Positions 29,370 through 38,721 of a DNA stretch of 64,000 nucleotides are shown one piece after another. The first letter of the stretch is position 1, and the number at the start of each line of letters is the position of its first letter. Below the pieces are notes generated by a model. It had not been told where the DNA came from. It ran no database searches and was given only the letters and a program-made list of their open reading frames with translations. The DNA comes from an uncultured Acidimicrobiaceae bacterium (GTDB taxonomy: Bacteria; Actinomycetota; Acidimicrobiia; Acidimicrobiales; RAAP-2): NCBI GenBank assembly GCA_963836375.1, contig CAWIJK010000004.1, positions 923,303 through 987,302 on the forward strand. The letters run 5' to 3'. Made by a program: the position numbers and the translations under genes.

Positions 29370-29820
29370 TCAGCCGGCGGCGACGACCTCGACGGTCACG
29401 GTGGTCCCGATGTCACCGAGGATCTGCACGGGCACCTCGTAGGTCCCGACCGCCTTGATCGCCTCGTCCAGCACCACGTGGCGGCGGTCGAGTTCGACCC
29501 CCGTTTGGCCCTTCACCGCCTCGGCCACGTCGGCGGCGCTCACCGACCCGAAGAGCTTCCCGGCCGAACCGGCCCGGGCCTCGAGGCGCAGCACGGTGCC
29601 GGCCAGGATCGACACCTGGGCCTCGGCCGTCTCGCGGTCCTTGGCCTCGCGCAGGTCCCGGCCCCGGCGCATCGCCGCCGCCTGGTCGCTCACCCCGGCG
29701 CTGGCCACGATGGCCCGCCCCTCGGGAAGGAGGAAATTCCGCGGCGAAACCTCCCGACACCTCGACGATGTCCCCGCGGCGGCCAACGCCGTCCACGTCA
29801 CTGCGCAGGACCACCTTCAT
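29370..29820 (-). pseudogene. rplI: 50S ribosomal protein L9 gene with an apparent +1-nt frameshift at about 29739-29745
   Basis: [26 protein letters not shown] is in one frame (ORF 29413..29820). RNFLLPEGRAIVAS...KLFGSVSAADVAEAV...VEVVAAG is in another (ORF 29370..29801). The junction is GGTTTCGCCGCGGAATTTC. Confidence 0.88.
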
Positions 29821-30416
29821 CAGGACTCGACCTCCGCTTCGGGAGCGCCGGCCGCCGACTCCTCGGTGACACCGGCCTCCCCGGCACCGGCCGATGGCCC
29901 GTCGGTCGGGGTCGTCTCGGGCAGCGCCGGTCCGTCGGTGGTCGCCGCCGCCTCGGTGACCGGTGCGCCCCCGTCGGCCGGTGGGGCACCCTCGGCCGGT
30001 GCGGCGGGCGCGGCCGGTGCGGCGGCCCGAGGCTCACGGGGACCGGTCGAGCGGTCACCGCGATCGCCCCGGTCACCGCGGTCACCGCGGTCGCCGCGGT
30101 CGCCCCGATCGCCTCGGCCGCCTCGGCCGCCGGGCCGCTCGGTCACCGTGCGCTGGGTGTAAGGCAACAGGACCAGCTCTCGGGCCGTCTTGATGGCCAT
30201 GGCGATGTCCCGCTGGTGCTGGGCGCAGTTGCCGGTGACCCGGCGGGAGCGGATCTTGCCCCGGTCGCTCATGTACTTGCGCAGCAAGGGCACGTCCTTG
30301 TAGTCGACCCACTCCACCTGGTCCCGGCACATGGCACAGGGCTTCTTCTTCACCCGGCGGTTGAGTTCCTTGGGCGCCCGACGCTGGGTCCCCCCGCGGT
30401 AGTTGCTCCTGGCCAT
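29820..30416 (-). CDS. rpsR: 30S ribosomal protein S18 with a roughly 110-aa low-complexity C-terminal extension
   Basis: The S18 core is MARSNYRGG...[65 protein letters not shown]. It is followed by GGRGGR(GDR)7 and a Pro/Ala/Thr/Glu-rich tail. The ATG overlaps the ssb stop (TGATG) and the stop overlaps the rplI ATG (TGATG). Confidence 0.9.
   Translation of the reverse strand: MARSNYRGGTQRRAPKELNRRVKKKPCAMCRDQVEWVDYKDVPLLRKYMSDRGKIRSRRVTGNCAQHQRDIAMAIKTARELVLLPYTQRTVTERPGGRGGRGDRGDRGDRGDRGDRGDRGDRSTGPREPRAAAPAAPAAPAEGAPPADGGAPVTEAAATTDGPALPETTPTDGPSAGAGEAGVTEESAAGAPEAEVES
30051..30134 (-). repeat. In-frame 9-nt tandem repeat encoding PGGRGGR(GDR)7 within rpsR
   Basis: The minus strand reads GGC GAT CGG / GGC GAC CGC ... 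seven times (30051-30113), preceded by CCC GGC GGC CGA GGC GGC CGA. Confidence 0.9.
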
Positions 30417-30886
30417 CAGAAGGGCTCCTCGTCGAAGCCGTAGCCGGCGGGCGCCGGGCTCTCGGCCCGCGGCGGTGCCTGGGAACGGCCCCCGCCGCCG
30501 CGGCCCCCGCCGTCGCCGGGGCCGCGACGCTCGTTCTTGGTCACCTGGGCGGTGGCCCAGCGCAGCGACGGACCCACCTCGTCGGCGATGACCTCGACCT
30601 TGGAGCGGCGGTCCCCGTCGGGGGTCTCCCAGCTGCGCTGCTCGAGCCGGCCGGCCACCACGACCCGGGCCCCCTTGCTCAGGGTCTCGCTCACGTTCTC
30701 GGCCATCTCGCGCCAGCACACGACGTCGAAGAAGCTGGTCGCCTCCTCCCACTCCTGGGTCTGGCGATTCTGCCAACGGCGGTTCACGGCGAGGCCGAAG
30801 CTGGCCGTCGGCTGCCCGGTGTTGGTGAACCGGAGCTCGGGGTCCCGGGTGATGTTGCCGACCAGCGTCACGCTGTTATCGGGCAT
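30416..30886 (-). CDS. ssb: Single-stranded DNA-binding protein
   Basis: OB fold [32 protein letters not shown]...[14 protein letters not shown], a Gly-rich linker, and the acidic tip DEEPF. Confidence 0.96.
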   Translation of the reverse strand: MPDNSVTLVGNITRDPELRFTNTGQPTASFGLAVNRRWQNRQTQEWEEATSFFDVVCWREMAENVSETLSKGARVVVAGRLEQRSWETPDGDRRSKVEVIADEVGPSLRWATAQVTKNERRGPGDGGGRGGGGRSQAPPRAESPAPAGYGFDEEPF

Positions 30887-30919
30887 GGTGTCCTCCTCGC
30901 GTTTGGAACCGGTCCATGG

Positions 30920-31249
30920 TCAGCCCGCCGCCTTGGCCGGCGCCTCGGGACGCTTGGCCACCTTGTCGGGCAGGCGGATCACCTTGTGCCGGAGCACCTC
31001 GTCGGCCAGGGTGAGCATCCGGTCCAGGTCGGCCACCGTCTGGGGTGGGCCGCTCAGCTCGACCAGGACGTAGTAGCCCTCGCGCTTGTGCTTGACCTCG
31101 TAGGCGAACTGGCGGCGGCCCCACCGGTCCACCGCCCCCGGTGTGCCCCCGGTGGCGCGGACGGTCTCGAGCACCCGGTCGACCACGGCCTGGATCGCCG
31201 GTGGCTCGGTGCCGGCATCGAAGATGATCATGACTTCGTAGGGCCGCAT
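30920..31249 (-). CDS. rpsF: 30S ribosomal protein S6
   Basis: MRPYEVMIIFDAG...VDRWGRRQFAYEVKHKREGYYVLVEL. ATG at 31249 follows GGAGGGAGGTGA. The longer 210-aa ORF N-terminus looks non-coding. Confidence 0.93.
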   Translation of the reverse strand: MRPYEVMIIFDAGTEPPAIQAVVDRVLETVRATGGTPGAVDRWGRRQFAYEVKHKREGYYVLVELSGPPQTVADLDRMLTLADEVLRHKVIRLPDKVAKRPEAPAKAAG

Positions 31250-31394
31250 CGGCGGCTCACCTCCCTCCGGACCGGACGGCGGGCCGTCCGGGCCCCGTCG
31301 ATCGGGGCAGGGTGTCGAGTTGGGTGGCCGGGGCAGGGGCCCCGGTCGACCGGCCGATGTTAGCCGCAGGCGGACCGGGCCGTTGCCCGGCCCG

Positions 31395-32246
31395 CTAGGA
31401 CCCCGGGACGTCGGGGGCCAGGGACTCGCGCAGCTCGGCCGAGGCGTGATAGGTCTCGTCGTCGCCGGGGAACCGCCCCGAGCGCACGTCGTCGGCGAAG
31501 GCGGCGACCGCCGCGGTGGCCTGCTCACCCAGGTTGGCGTAGCGGCGGACAAATTTCGGCGGCGTCCGCGAGCCCAGGCCGACCAGGTCGTGGAAGACCA
31601 GCACCTGGCCGTCGCAGCCCGCCCCCGCCCCGATGCCGATGGTCGGCACGTCGACCGCCTCGGTCACCCGGGCGGCTACCACGTCCGGCACGCCCTCGAG
31701 CACCAGGGCGAAGCACCCGGCGGCGGCCAGCGCCTTGGCCGCGTCGAGCAGCGCCCCGGCGGCGTCCGCGTTGCGGGCCTGCACCCGGTACCCCATGGCC
31801 AGGACCGATTGGGGGGTGAGCCCCAGATGGCCCATCACCGGGATCTCGGCCCGGATGATCCCCTCGACCGCCGCCAGCCGGGCCCGGCCGCCCTCGAGCT
31901 TGACCGCCTGGGCGCCGGCCCGGACCAAGGTGGCCGCGTTGGCCACCGCCTCGTCGGTGCTCAGGTGGTAGCTCATCCATGGCATGTCGCCCACGATCAG
32001 ACAGCGCGGGCGGGCCCGGGCCACCGCGGCCACGTGGTGGGCCATGTCATCGATGGTGACGTGGAGGGTGTCGTCGTAGCCGAGGACGTTGTTGGCGACC
32101 GAGTCCCCCACCAAGACGAGGTCGGCCCCGCCCTGGTCGACGAAGCGGGCCGACGGCTCGTCGTAGGCGGTCACCATGACGAGCGGCGTGGCGCCGTCGC
32201 GGCGCTTGCGGGCCCGCAGGCCCGGCACGGTGACCGGCTCGCTCAC
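31395..32246 (-). CDS. panB: 3-methyl-2-oxobutanoate hydroxymethyltransferase
   Basis: LVMVTAYD...DLVLVGDSVANNVLGYDDTL...VGDMPWMSY...AVKLEGG...PVMGHLGLTPQS...LVLEGVP...IGIGAG..CDGQVLV. The GTG start overlaps the upstream stop (GTGA). Confidence 0.92.
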   Translation of the reverse strand: MSEPVTVPGLRARKRRDGATPLVMVTAYDEPSARFVDQGGADLVLVGDSVANNVLGYDDTLHVTIDDMAHHVAAVARARPRCLIVGDMPWMSYHLSTDEAVANAATLVRAGAQAVKLEGGRARLAAVEGIIRAEIPVMGHLGLTPQSVLAMGYRVQARNADAAGALLDAAKALAAAGCFALVLEGVPDVVAARVTEAVDVPTIGIGAGAGCDGQVLVFHDLVGLGSRTPPKFVRRYANLGEQATAAVAAFADDVRSGRFPGDDETYHASAELRESLAPDVPGS

Positions 32247-32587
32247 GCCCGGCCGGCCCGGGACCGGGCCGGGGAGACCCCGCCGGCGGGGTACTTGCGG
32301 GTGAGGTGGTGCCAGGCACACGCCGGGCACACCTCGACGTCGTAGCAGAGGACCGGCTCGGGGCGGCGGCGCAGGCGGTTGAGCTCGGTCGCCGTGCCCG
32401 GGCACCGCCCCCCGGCCGGCAGGCCGGCCCCGAACACGTAGGTGACCTGCACGGTGGCGGTCGACTCGCAGATCGGGCAGTCCTCGCCGGTCGCCTTGCC
32501 CACGTTGCGCGCCGCCCGGAGCAGCTCGGGGTGGGCGTCGCAGACGTCGACCCGCTCGACCCGGCCCTTGCGCACGTCTCGGACCAC
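32243..32587 (-). CDS. Conserved actinobacterial Cys-rich protein (DUF5318-like), usually linked to padR-ino1
   Basis: 114 aa: VDVCDAHPELLRAA...GEDCPICES...LCYDVEVCPACAWHHL. It is divergent from padR-ino1, as in other actinobacteria. The family name is from memory. Confidence 0.65.
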   Translation of the reverse strand: MVRDVRKGRVERVDVCDAHPELLRAARNVGKATGEDCPICESTATVQVTYVFGAGLPAGGRCPGTATELNRLRRRPEPVLCYDVEVCPACAWHHLTRKYPAGGVSPARSRAGRA

Positions 32588-32775
32588 GGCGTTGCGGGCC
32601 AGCCGGTACTCGACCCGCGCCCCCCGCTCGACGCCCCGGGTCTCCCCGACGCCCCCGTCCGGGAGGTCACGGTCACGGTGTCGAGGCTAGCCCCCCCAGG
32701 CGTGTCGGGAGGCACCCCCGGGGGGGCGCCCCCGACCCGGGATCCGGGGGCCCCCGGCGCGTTCTGCACCAACCG

Positions 32776-32794
32776 CTATATCGAAGCGATATAG
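32776..32794. promoter_or_regulatory. AT-rich perfect palindrome CTATATCG-aag-CGATATAG just upstream of padR (candidate PadR operator)
   Basis: Two 8-bp perfect inverted arms with a 3-nt spacer, ending 8 nt before the padR ATG (32802). It is the only AT-rich patch in this spacer. Confidence 0.4.
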
Positions 32795-32801
32795 TGGCCC
32801 C

Positions 32802-33455
32802 ATGTTGGACCTGGCCATCTTGGGGCTGCTCGAAGAGGGCGAGCTCCATGGCTACGAGATCCGCCGGCGCCTGCGGGAGCACCTAGGGCTCCTGGCCAAC
32901 GTGTCGTTCGGCTCGCTGTACCCGGCGCTGGGCCGCCTCGAGGCGGCCGGCGCGCTCGAGGCGGTGGAGGCCGCCGGGGCCGGGCCCCGTCGGCCCGACG
33001 TCCCGCCGACCGGCTCGCTCAGCGGCGAGTGGGCGGTGCTCAAGGCCCGCCGCCACACCGGGACCCGGGGCCGGCGCTCCCGCAAGGTCTACCGGATCAC
33101 CGAGGCCGGACGGGCCCAGTTCACCGAGCTGCTATCGGGGGCGGGGGCCGACGACGCCCGCAGCTTCGGGCTGCGCCTAGCCTTCGCCCGCCACCTCGCA
33201 CCCCAGGCCCGCCTCGCCCTGCTCGAGCGCCGGCGGGCCCAGCTGGTCCAACGCCTGGGCGAGGTCGGGACCGCCTCGGGCGAGGCCGACCTGGACGTCT
33301 ACGCCCGCTCGGTGGTCGAGCACACCGCCGACGCGCTGGCCCAGGACGTCTCGTGGCTGGACCGGCTGATCGAGATCGAACGACGTGAGCACCCCGAGCA
33401 GTCCCTGACGACCGTGAGCGGGCCGAGCGGCCCGGACAAGGAGAGAAACCGATGA
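32802..33455 (+). CDS. PadR-family transcriptional regulator
   Basis: [50 protein letters not shown] is the canonical PadR winged helix. Its stop overlaps the ino1 ATG. Confidence 0.9.
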   Translation: MLDLAILGLLEEGELHGYEIRRRLREHLGLLANVSFGSLYPALGRLEAAGALEAVEAAGAGPRRPDVPPTGSLSGEWAVLKARRHTGTRGRRSRKVYRITEAGRAQFTELLSGAGADDARSFGLRLAFARHLAPQARLALLERRRAQLVQRLGEVGTASGEADLDVYARSVVEHTADALAQDVSWLDRLIEIERREHPEQSLTTVSGPSGPDKERNR

Positions 33456-34549
33456 GCACCGTCCGAGTGGCGATCGCCGGCGTGGGCAACTGCGCCAGCT
33501 CGCTGATCCAGGGCATCTCGTACTACCGCGACGCCCGGCCCGACGAGGTCGTCCCCGGCCTCATGCACGTGGTCCTGGGGGGCTACCACGTGGGCGACCT
33601 CGAGGTGGTCGCCGCCTTCGACGTCGACGCGGCCAAGGTGGGCACCGACCTCGGCAAGGCGATCTTCGGCGGCCAGAACAACACCATCCGCTTCGCCGAG
33701 GTGGGCGAGCTGGGCGTCACCGTCCAACGGGGCCCGACCCTCGACGGGCTGGGCCGCTACTACCGCGAGGTCGTCGAAGAGTCCCCGGCGGCCCCGGTCG
33801 ACGTGGCCGCCGCCCTGCGCGAGGCCCGGGCCGACGTGCTGGTGGCCTACCTCCCGGTCGGTTCCGATCAGGCCCAGCGCGCCTACGCCGAGGCCTGCCT
33901 GGAGGCCAAGGTGGCCTTCGTCAACGCCATCCCGGTGTTCATCGCCTCGAACCCCGAGTGGGCGCGGCGCTTCGCCGACGCCGGGGTCCCGATCGTGGGC
34001 GACGACATCAAGAGCCAGGTGGGCTCGACCATCGTGCACCGGGTGCTCACCCGGCTCTTCGAGGACCGCGGCCTGGCTCTCGACCACACCTACCAGCTCA
34101 ACGTGGGCGGCAACATGGACTTCCGCAACATGCTCGAGCGCGAGCGCCTCGAATCCAAGAAGATCTCCAAGACCCAGGCCGTCACCAGCCAGATCGAACA
34201 CGGCGCCCTGGCCCAAGACGACGTCCACATCGGGCCGTCGGACCACGTCCCGTGGCTCAACGACCGTAAGTGGGCCTACATCCGCATGGAGGGTCGCAAC
34301 TTCGGCGACGTGCCCCTCAACCTGGAGCTCAAGCTCGAGGTGTGGGACTCCCCCAACTCGGCCGGGGTGATCATCGACGCCGTGCGGTGCGCCAAGCTGG
34401 CCCTCGACCGCGGCGTCGGCGGGCCCCTCCTCGGGCCCTCGGCCTACTTCATGAAGTCGCCGCCGGTGCAGTACCACGACGACGAGGCCCAGCGGCTGGT
34501 GGAGTCGTTCGCCGCCGGCGAACCCGGTCCCGCCTGGCCCGAGGGCTGA
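33452..34549 (+). CDS. ino1: Inositol-3-phosphate synthase (myo-inositol-1-phosphate synthase)
   Basis: [21 protein letters not shown]...LPVGSDQA...[12 protein letters not shown]...[12 protein letters not shown]...NVGGNMDF...SKKISKT. This is the actinobacterial Ino1 pattern. Confidence 0.93.
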   Translation: MSTVRVAIAGVGNCASSLIQGISYYRDARPDEVVPGLMHVVLGGYHVGDLEVVAAFDVDAAKVGTDLGKAIFGGQNNTIRFAEVGELGVTVQRGPTLDGLGRYYREVVEESPAAPVDVAAALREARADVLVAYLPVGSDQAQRAYAEACLEAKVAFVNAIPVFIASNPEWARRFADAGVPIVGDDIKSQVGSTIVHRVLTRLFEDRGLALDHTYQLNVGGNMDFRNMLERERLESKKISKTQAVTSQIEHGALAQDDVHIGPSDHVPWLNDRKWAYIRMEGRNFGDVPLNLELKLEVWDSPNSAGVIIDAVRCAKLALDRGVGGPLLGPSAYFMKSPPVQYHDDEAQRLVESFAAGEPGPAWPEG

Positions 34550-34569
34550 CCCCGGGCCCGGCGGGTCAG
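34546..34569. terminator. Short hairpin spanning both stop codons of the convergent ino1/lipoprotein pair
   Basis: CTGACCC (34546-34552) pairs with GGGTCAG (34563-34569), with a 10-nt GC loop. Only a 7-bp stem and no U-tract, so the call is weak. Confidence 0.25.
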
Positions 34570-35054
34570 GGCGGGCAGGGCAGGCCGAAGGCAGCCAGGA
34601 CGGCAGCGGGGACCGTCACGTAGGTGGCCGCCGCCGGGGTGGTCGACCCGACGAGGGGGCAGCCCACCTCGGCCGAGCCGAAGCCCGTGACCCGCCACAC
34701 CCCGTCAGCCAGGTGGACGAAGCCGTAGCCTCCCTGGAAGCTGGCCCGGTCACCGGCCGAGGGACCGACGTCGAACTTGGCCCAGGTCGAATCGACCGTC
34801 GAGACGCTGACCCCGGTGAGGACGTAGCTCGAGGGGGCGAGCCCCTGGGCGCTCTGGTAGGCCCTCACCGCCCTGGTGATGTCGGGCAGGGTCGCGTTGG
34901 CGGCGATGGTGGTGGTCGTGGTGGTCGGCGCCGCCGAGGGCGCGCCCGAACCACACGCGCTGAGGGCGACACCGGCGGCGACGAGCACGCCCGCCGCCGC
35001 CGTCCGCCACCGGTTGGCTGGAGCACCCGTGGCCATCGTCTCGTCGGGGCTCAT
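34566..35054 (-). CDS. Hypothetical lipoprotein
   Basis: Lipobox GVALSACGS follows a hydrophobic signal, then a Thr-rich linker and a roughly 110-aa domain. The ATG at 35054 overlaps the cca stop (ATGA). Confidence 0.6.
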   Translation of the reverse strand: MSPDETMATGAPANRWRTAAAGVLVAAGVALSACGSGAPSAAPTTTTTTIAANATLPDITRAVRAYQSAQGLAPSSYVLTGVSVSTVDSTWAKFDVGPSAGDRASFQGGYGFVHLADGVWRVTGFGSAEVGCPLVGSTTPAAATYVTVPAAVLAAFGLPCPP

Positions 35055-36538
35055 CCTGGCACGCCCGGTTCCCCGGGCGCCGGGCCGTCGGGGGGCCGGG
35101 GGGACCCCGGCGGGGTCTCCCCGGCCCCGCCCCGGGCGGCCCACCACTCGTCGAGACGCCGGCCGGCCTCTTCGGGCCCGAGGGGGCCCTCGTCGAGCCG
35201 CAGCTCGAGGAGGAACGACAGGGCCTGGCCCACGGCGGGGCCCGGCGCCAACCCGAGTCGGGCCATCACCTCGTTCCCGTCGAGCTCGGGGCGGATGGCC
35301 TCGAGTGACTCGCGCTGGGCCAGTTCGGCGATACGCGCCTCGAGCTCGTCCATCCGCCGACCGAGCGCCTTGGCCTTGGCCGCGTTGCGGGTCGTGCAGT
35401 CGCAACGGGTCAGCTCGTTGAGCCGGTCGAGCAGCGGCCCGGCGTCGCGCACGTAGCGGCGCACGGCGCGGTCGCTCCAGCCCAGCCGGTAGGTGTGGAA
35501 CCGCAGATGGAGCTCGACCAGGGTCACGACCGTCTCGATGTCCTCGCGCGCGTAGCGCAGGGCCTCCATGCGCTGGCGGGTCATGCGGGCCCCGACCACC
35601 TCGTGGTGGTGGAACGTCACCCCGCCCGGGCCGAAGGCCCGGGTCCGGGGCTTGCCGACGTCGTGGAAGAGGGCGGCCAGGCGCAACAGGCGGTCCGGCG
35701 ACGTCTTGTCCACCACGGCCAGGGTGTGGGCCAGGACGTCTTTGTGGCGGTGGATCGGGTCCTGTTCGAGGGCGAGGCCGGGCAGCTCGGGCACGAACTC
35801 GGCCGCCAGCCCGGTGTCGACGACGAACCACAGGCCGACCGACGCGCTGGGCACCACGACCAGCTTGTCGAGCTCGTCGCGGATGCGCTCAGCCGAGACG
35901 ATCTCGAGGCGGTGGTGGCCCCGGCGAACCGCTTCGACCAGGGCCGGGTCGGGTTCGAGGCCGTAGGCGGCGATGAACCGGGCCGCCCGCAGCATCCGCA
36001 ACGGGTCGTCGTCGAACGACACGTCGGGCTCGAGGGGGGTGCGGAGGCGTCCGGCCGCCAGGTCGGCGATCCCGTCGAACGGGTCGACCAGGGTCAGCGC
36101 CGGGAGGGCCAGGGCCATCGCGTTCACCGTGAAGTCGCGCCGGGCCAGGTCCTCGACGATGTCGTCGCCGAAGGTGACGTCGGGCTTGCGCGAGTCGGGC
36201 CGGTAGGCCTCGGCCCGGTGGGTGGTGATCTCATAGCGCCGCCCGGCGTGGCGAGCGCCGATGGTGCCGAACCGCTTGCCCTGGGTCCACACGGCATCGG
36301 CCCAACCCGAGACGAGCGCTTCGATCTCGTCGGGCCGGGCGTCGGTCGTGAGATCGAAGTCGAAGTCCTCGTCGGCGGGGCCCGGGCGCCCACGGGGGCC
36401 CTCGACGAGCGCGTCGCGCACCGAGCCGCCGACCAGATAGAGCGAGTGCCCCGCGCCCGAGAACCGTTTGGCCAGCGCCGTCGTGGCCTCCACCAGGGGC
36501 CGGAAACGCTCGGGCATGGGCGGGCGCGGCACCGGCAC
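35051..36538 (-). CDS. cca: CCA tRNA nucleotidyltransferase (poly(A) polymerase/CCA-adding family with HD domain)
   Basis: LYLVGGSVRDALV...DFDLTT (nucleotidyltransferase motif), RRDFTVNAMA, LRMLRAARF, and an HD region FHDVGKP...HHHEVVGA. An alternative start is at 36517. Confidence 0.9.
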   Translation of the reverse strand: MPVPRPPMPERFRPLVEATTALAKRFSGAGHSLYLVGGSVRDALVEGPRGRPGPADEDFDFDLTTDARPDEIEALVSGWADAVWTQGKRFGTIGARHAGRRYEITTHRAEAYRPDSRKPDVTFGDDIVEDLARRDFTVNAMALALPALTLVDPFDGIADLAAGRLRTPLEPDVSFDDDPLRMLRAARFIAAYGLEPDPALVEAVRRGHHRLEIVSAERIRDELDKLVVVPSASVGLWFVVDTGLAAEFVPELPGLALEQDPIHRHKDVLAHTLAVVDKTSPDRLLRLAALFHDVGKPRTRAFGPGGVTFHHHEVVGARMTRQRMEALRYAREDIETVVTLVELHLRFHTYRLGWSDRAVRRYVRDAGPLLDRLNELTRCDCTTRNAAKAKALGRRMDELEARIAELAQRESLEAIRPELDGNEVMARLGLAPGPAVGQALSFLLELRLDEGPLGPEEAGRRLDEWWAARGGAGETPPGSPRPPDGPAPGEPGVPG

Positions 36539-36585
36539 ACGCTAAACGACCCTGTCGGGGGGTCGGCACCGGTTAGCGTTGCCCG

Positions 36586-38712
36586 GTGTCGTTGCGCTTC
36601 GCTCGGTCCACCGGGCCGGCGGTGCTCGTCGTGCTCGGCGCTTGCGTCTCCTTGGGCCTTCTCGGCGCGTCGGGGACCGCAAGCGCCGCGCCCGGCGGGG
36701 CGCGGGGCGCGGCCCGGGTGGCCACGTTCTCGCTCCTGGCCCAGCCGTCGGCCTGGGTCATGCCCGGTCAGTCCTTCACCATCGACCTGGGCATCCCGGC
36801 GGGCACCCCGGCGGGCGCCCAGGTCGCGGTGACCCTCTACGACAAGCTCGGGACCCGCTCGGCCTTCGAGCAGACCCTGTCGGGACCCCCGGCCGGCCCG
36901 GTCCTCGACCGGACGGCCCCGGTCGGCCTGTCGACCCTCGCTCCGGGGTCCGGTGGGCCCCAGCTCTCGGCGGCGGTCTTCCCCGAACAGCCCACCGGCG
37001 GGGCGGTCGGCCCGGTCCTCGACCTCCACTGCGTGGCCGACACCGGATCGTGCTCGGGGGTCTACCCCGCCGTGGTCTCCCTCGAGCGCCCTTCGGGGGG
37101 CGGGACCCTGGGCCACTTCACCACCTACCTCACCTACGCCGAGGCCAAGAGTGCCCAGCCGCTGCGCTTCGCCTGGGTGGTCCCGGTGGCCGCGCCGGTG
37201 GTCATCCGGCCCGCCGCCGGGCCGGCCGCCACCCTGGCCCCACCAAGCGCGGCCGAGGTCACGGCGATCGCCCGGCTGGCCGCGGCGCTCCGCGCCTCGT
37301 CGGTGCCGGTCACCGTCGAACCCTCGCCCCAGACCGTCGCCACCCTGAGCACCCTGCCCGGCCGGTTGGGCGTCGTCGGTCGCGGCGCCGTGGCCGACCT
37401 GGCCGCGCTGTCGGGCGACCAGGCCGTCCATGACGTCCCCCCCCAGCCCTACGTCCCGATCGACGCCGACGCCCTGAGCGGCGAGGGGGCCGAGCTGGCC
37501 GGCCAGTTGGACGAGGGGGACTCGGCCCTCGGTCGGGCCGGGATCGCCACCACCCCGACGGGGACCGCCGCCGCCTGGGTCGCCCAGGGGGGGGTCTCGG
37601 CCGACCTCGGCGCCAGCCTGGAGACCATCGGCAGGGCGGTCGGCTCGCCGATGCAGGTCGTGGTGCCCGACGCCACCTTGGTCCCGCCGGCCGGGGCCTC
37701 CTCGGGGATCACCTGGGGCTACCCGTTCAACCTCGCCCTCGGACGGGGGCGCACGTTCCAGGCGGCGGCCTCCGACGGCGGGCTGGCCGCCCACTTCACC
37801 GCCGAACCCGATGACCCGGCCCTGGCCGCCAGCCAGCTCCTGGCCGACCTGGCCTTCATCCACTTCGAGCAGCCGAACCTGGTCGACCCGCGCGGGGTCA
37901 TCGCCGTCCCCCCCACCGGCTGGACCCCAAACGCCGCCTTCGACGACGCGCTGCTCGACGGCCTGCGGGGCAATCCCGACATCGAACCGGTCACCCTCGC
38001 CGGGTTCTTCGCGCAAGTGCCCCTCGGCGGCAACGGGGCGCCGACGTCGCGCGCCGCGGCCCCGGGCAACGGCACCAGCCTCCCCGCCGGCCTCGCCCAC
38101 CAGATCTCGGCCGGTCGCCTCCGGCTCACCGCCTTCGACAGCGCGGTGCCCAAGAAGTCCACCCCGGTCCTGAGCCAGCTCGACGACATCTTGCTCGCCT
38201 CGCAGTCGATCGGGCTCAGCCCCCCCGAGCAGCGGGCTGGCGTCGACACCTTCGAGCGGGCGCTCACCGGCCAGCTCTCGTTGATCCAGCTGGCCACCGA
38301 ACGGACCATCACCGTCACCGCGCGCACCGCGGCCATCCCCATCACCGTCTTGTCCAACGCGCCCTACACGGTCGTCGGGACCTTGACCCTCACGTCGAAC
38401 AAATTCATCTTCCCGCCCCCCGGCTCGACCCGCTCGGGGGTCGTGCTCGACCACCCGACGACCCCGTTGCGGATCGAGGCGGTGGCCCGCACCTCGGGCG
38501 ACCTGCCAGTGGAGGCCGTCTTCAGCTCGCCAGCCGGTGACCTCGAGATCGCCCGCGGTCAGCTCACCGTGCGCTCGACCGCCATCTCGTGGGTCGGCAT
38601 CATGCTCACCGCCCTGGCCCTGGCCGTGCTCGGCGCCTGGTGGGCCCGGACCTGGTGGGCCGGGCGGCGCCGCAAGCTGGCCGAGCGGGCCGCCGCCGGC
38701 CGGGCCGGGTGA
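36586..38712 (+). CDS. Large secreted, C-terminally membrane-anchored protein syntenic with mycobacterial Rv3909 (DUF6049-like)
   Basis: Signal peptide (VLVVLGACVSLGLLGASGTASA) and a C-terminal TM plus basic tail (WVGIMLTALALAVLGAWWARTWWAGRRRK). It sits between cca and murJ, as in Mycobacterium. The family name is from memory. Confidence 0.6.
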   Translation: MSLRFARSTGPAVLVVLGACVSLGLLGASGTASAAPGGARGAARVATFSLLAQPSAWVMPGQSFTIDLGIPAGTPAGAQVAVTLYDKLGTRSAFEQTLSGPPAGPVLDRTAPVGLSTLAPGSGGPQLSAAVFPEQPTGGAVGPVLDLHCVADTGSCSGVYPAVVSLERPSGGGTLGHFTTYLTYAEAKSAQPLRFAWVVPVAAPVVIRPAAGPAATLAPPSAAEVTAIARLAAALRASSVPVTVEPSPQTVATLSTLPGRLGVVGRGAVADLAALSGDQAVHDVPPQPYVPIDADALSGEGAELAGQLDEGDSALGRAGIATTPTGTAAAWVAQGGVSADLGASLETIGRAVGSPMQVVVPDATLVPPAGASSGITWGYPFNLALGRGRTFQAAASDGGLAAHFTAEPDDPALAASQLLADLAFIHFEQPNLVDPRGVIAVPPTGWTPNAAFDDALLDGLRGNPDIEPVTLAGFFAQVPLGGNGAPTSRAAAPGNGTSLPAGLAHQISAGRLRLTAFDSAVPKKSTPVLSQLDDILLASQSIGLSPPEQRAGVDTFERALTGQLSLIQLATERTITVTARTAAIPITVLSNAPYTVVGTLTLTSNKFIFPPPGSTRSGVVLDHPTTPLRIEAVARTSGDLPVEAVFSSPAGDLEIARGQLTVRSTAISWVGIMLTALALAVLGAWWARTWWAGRRRKLAERAAAGRAG

Positions 38713-38721
38713 GCTTCGGCC

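Noticed and set aside
30051-30134. Short tandem repeats considered as a possible CRISPR array (also 46714-46748 and 18316-18360)
   Set aside because: The units are 5-14 nt with no spacers of unique sequence. One is in-frame coding (GDR repeat). No cas genes are present.
29820-30776. 318-aa version of the rpsR ORF
   Set aside because: The first 120 codons overlap ssb out of frame and are Arg/Gly/Pro-rich. The S18 signature begins at ATG 30416, which overlaps the ssb stop.
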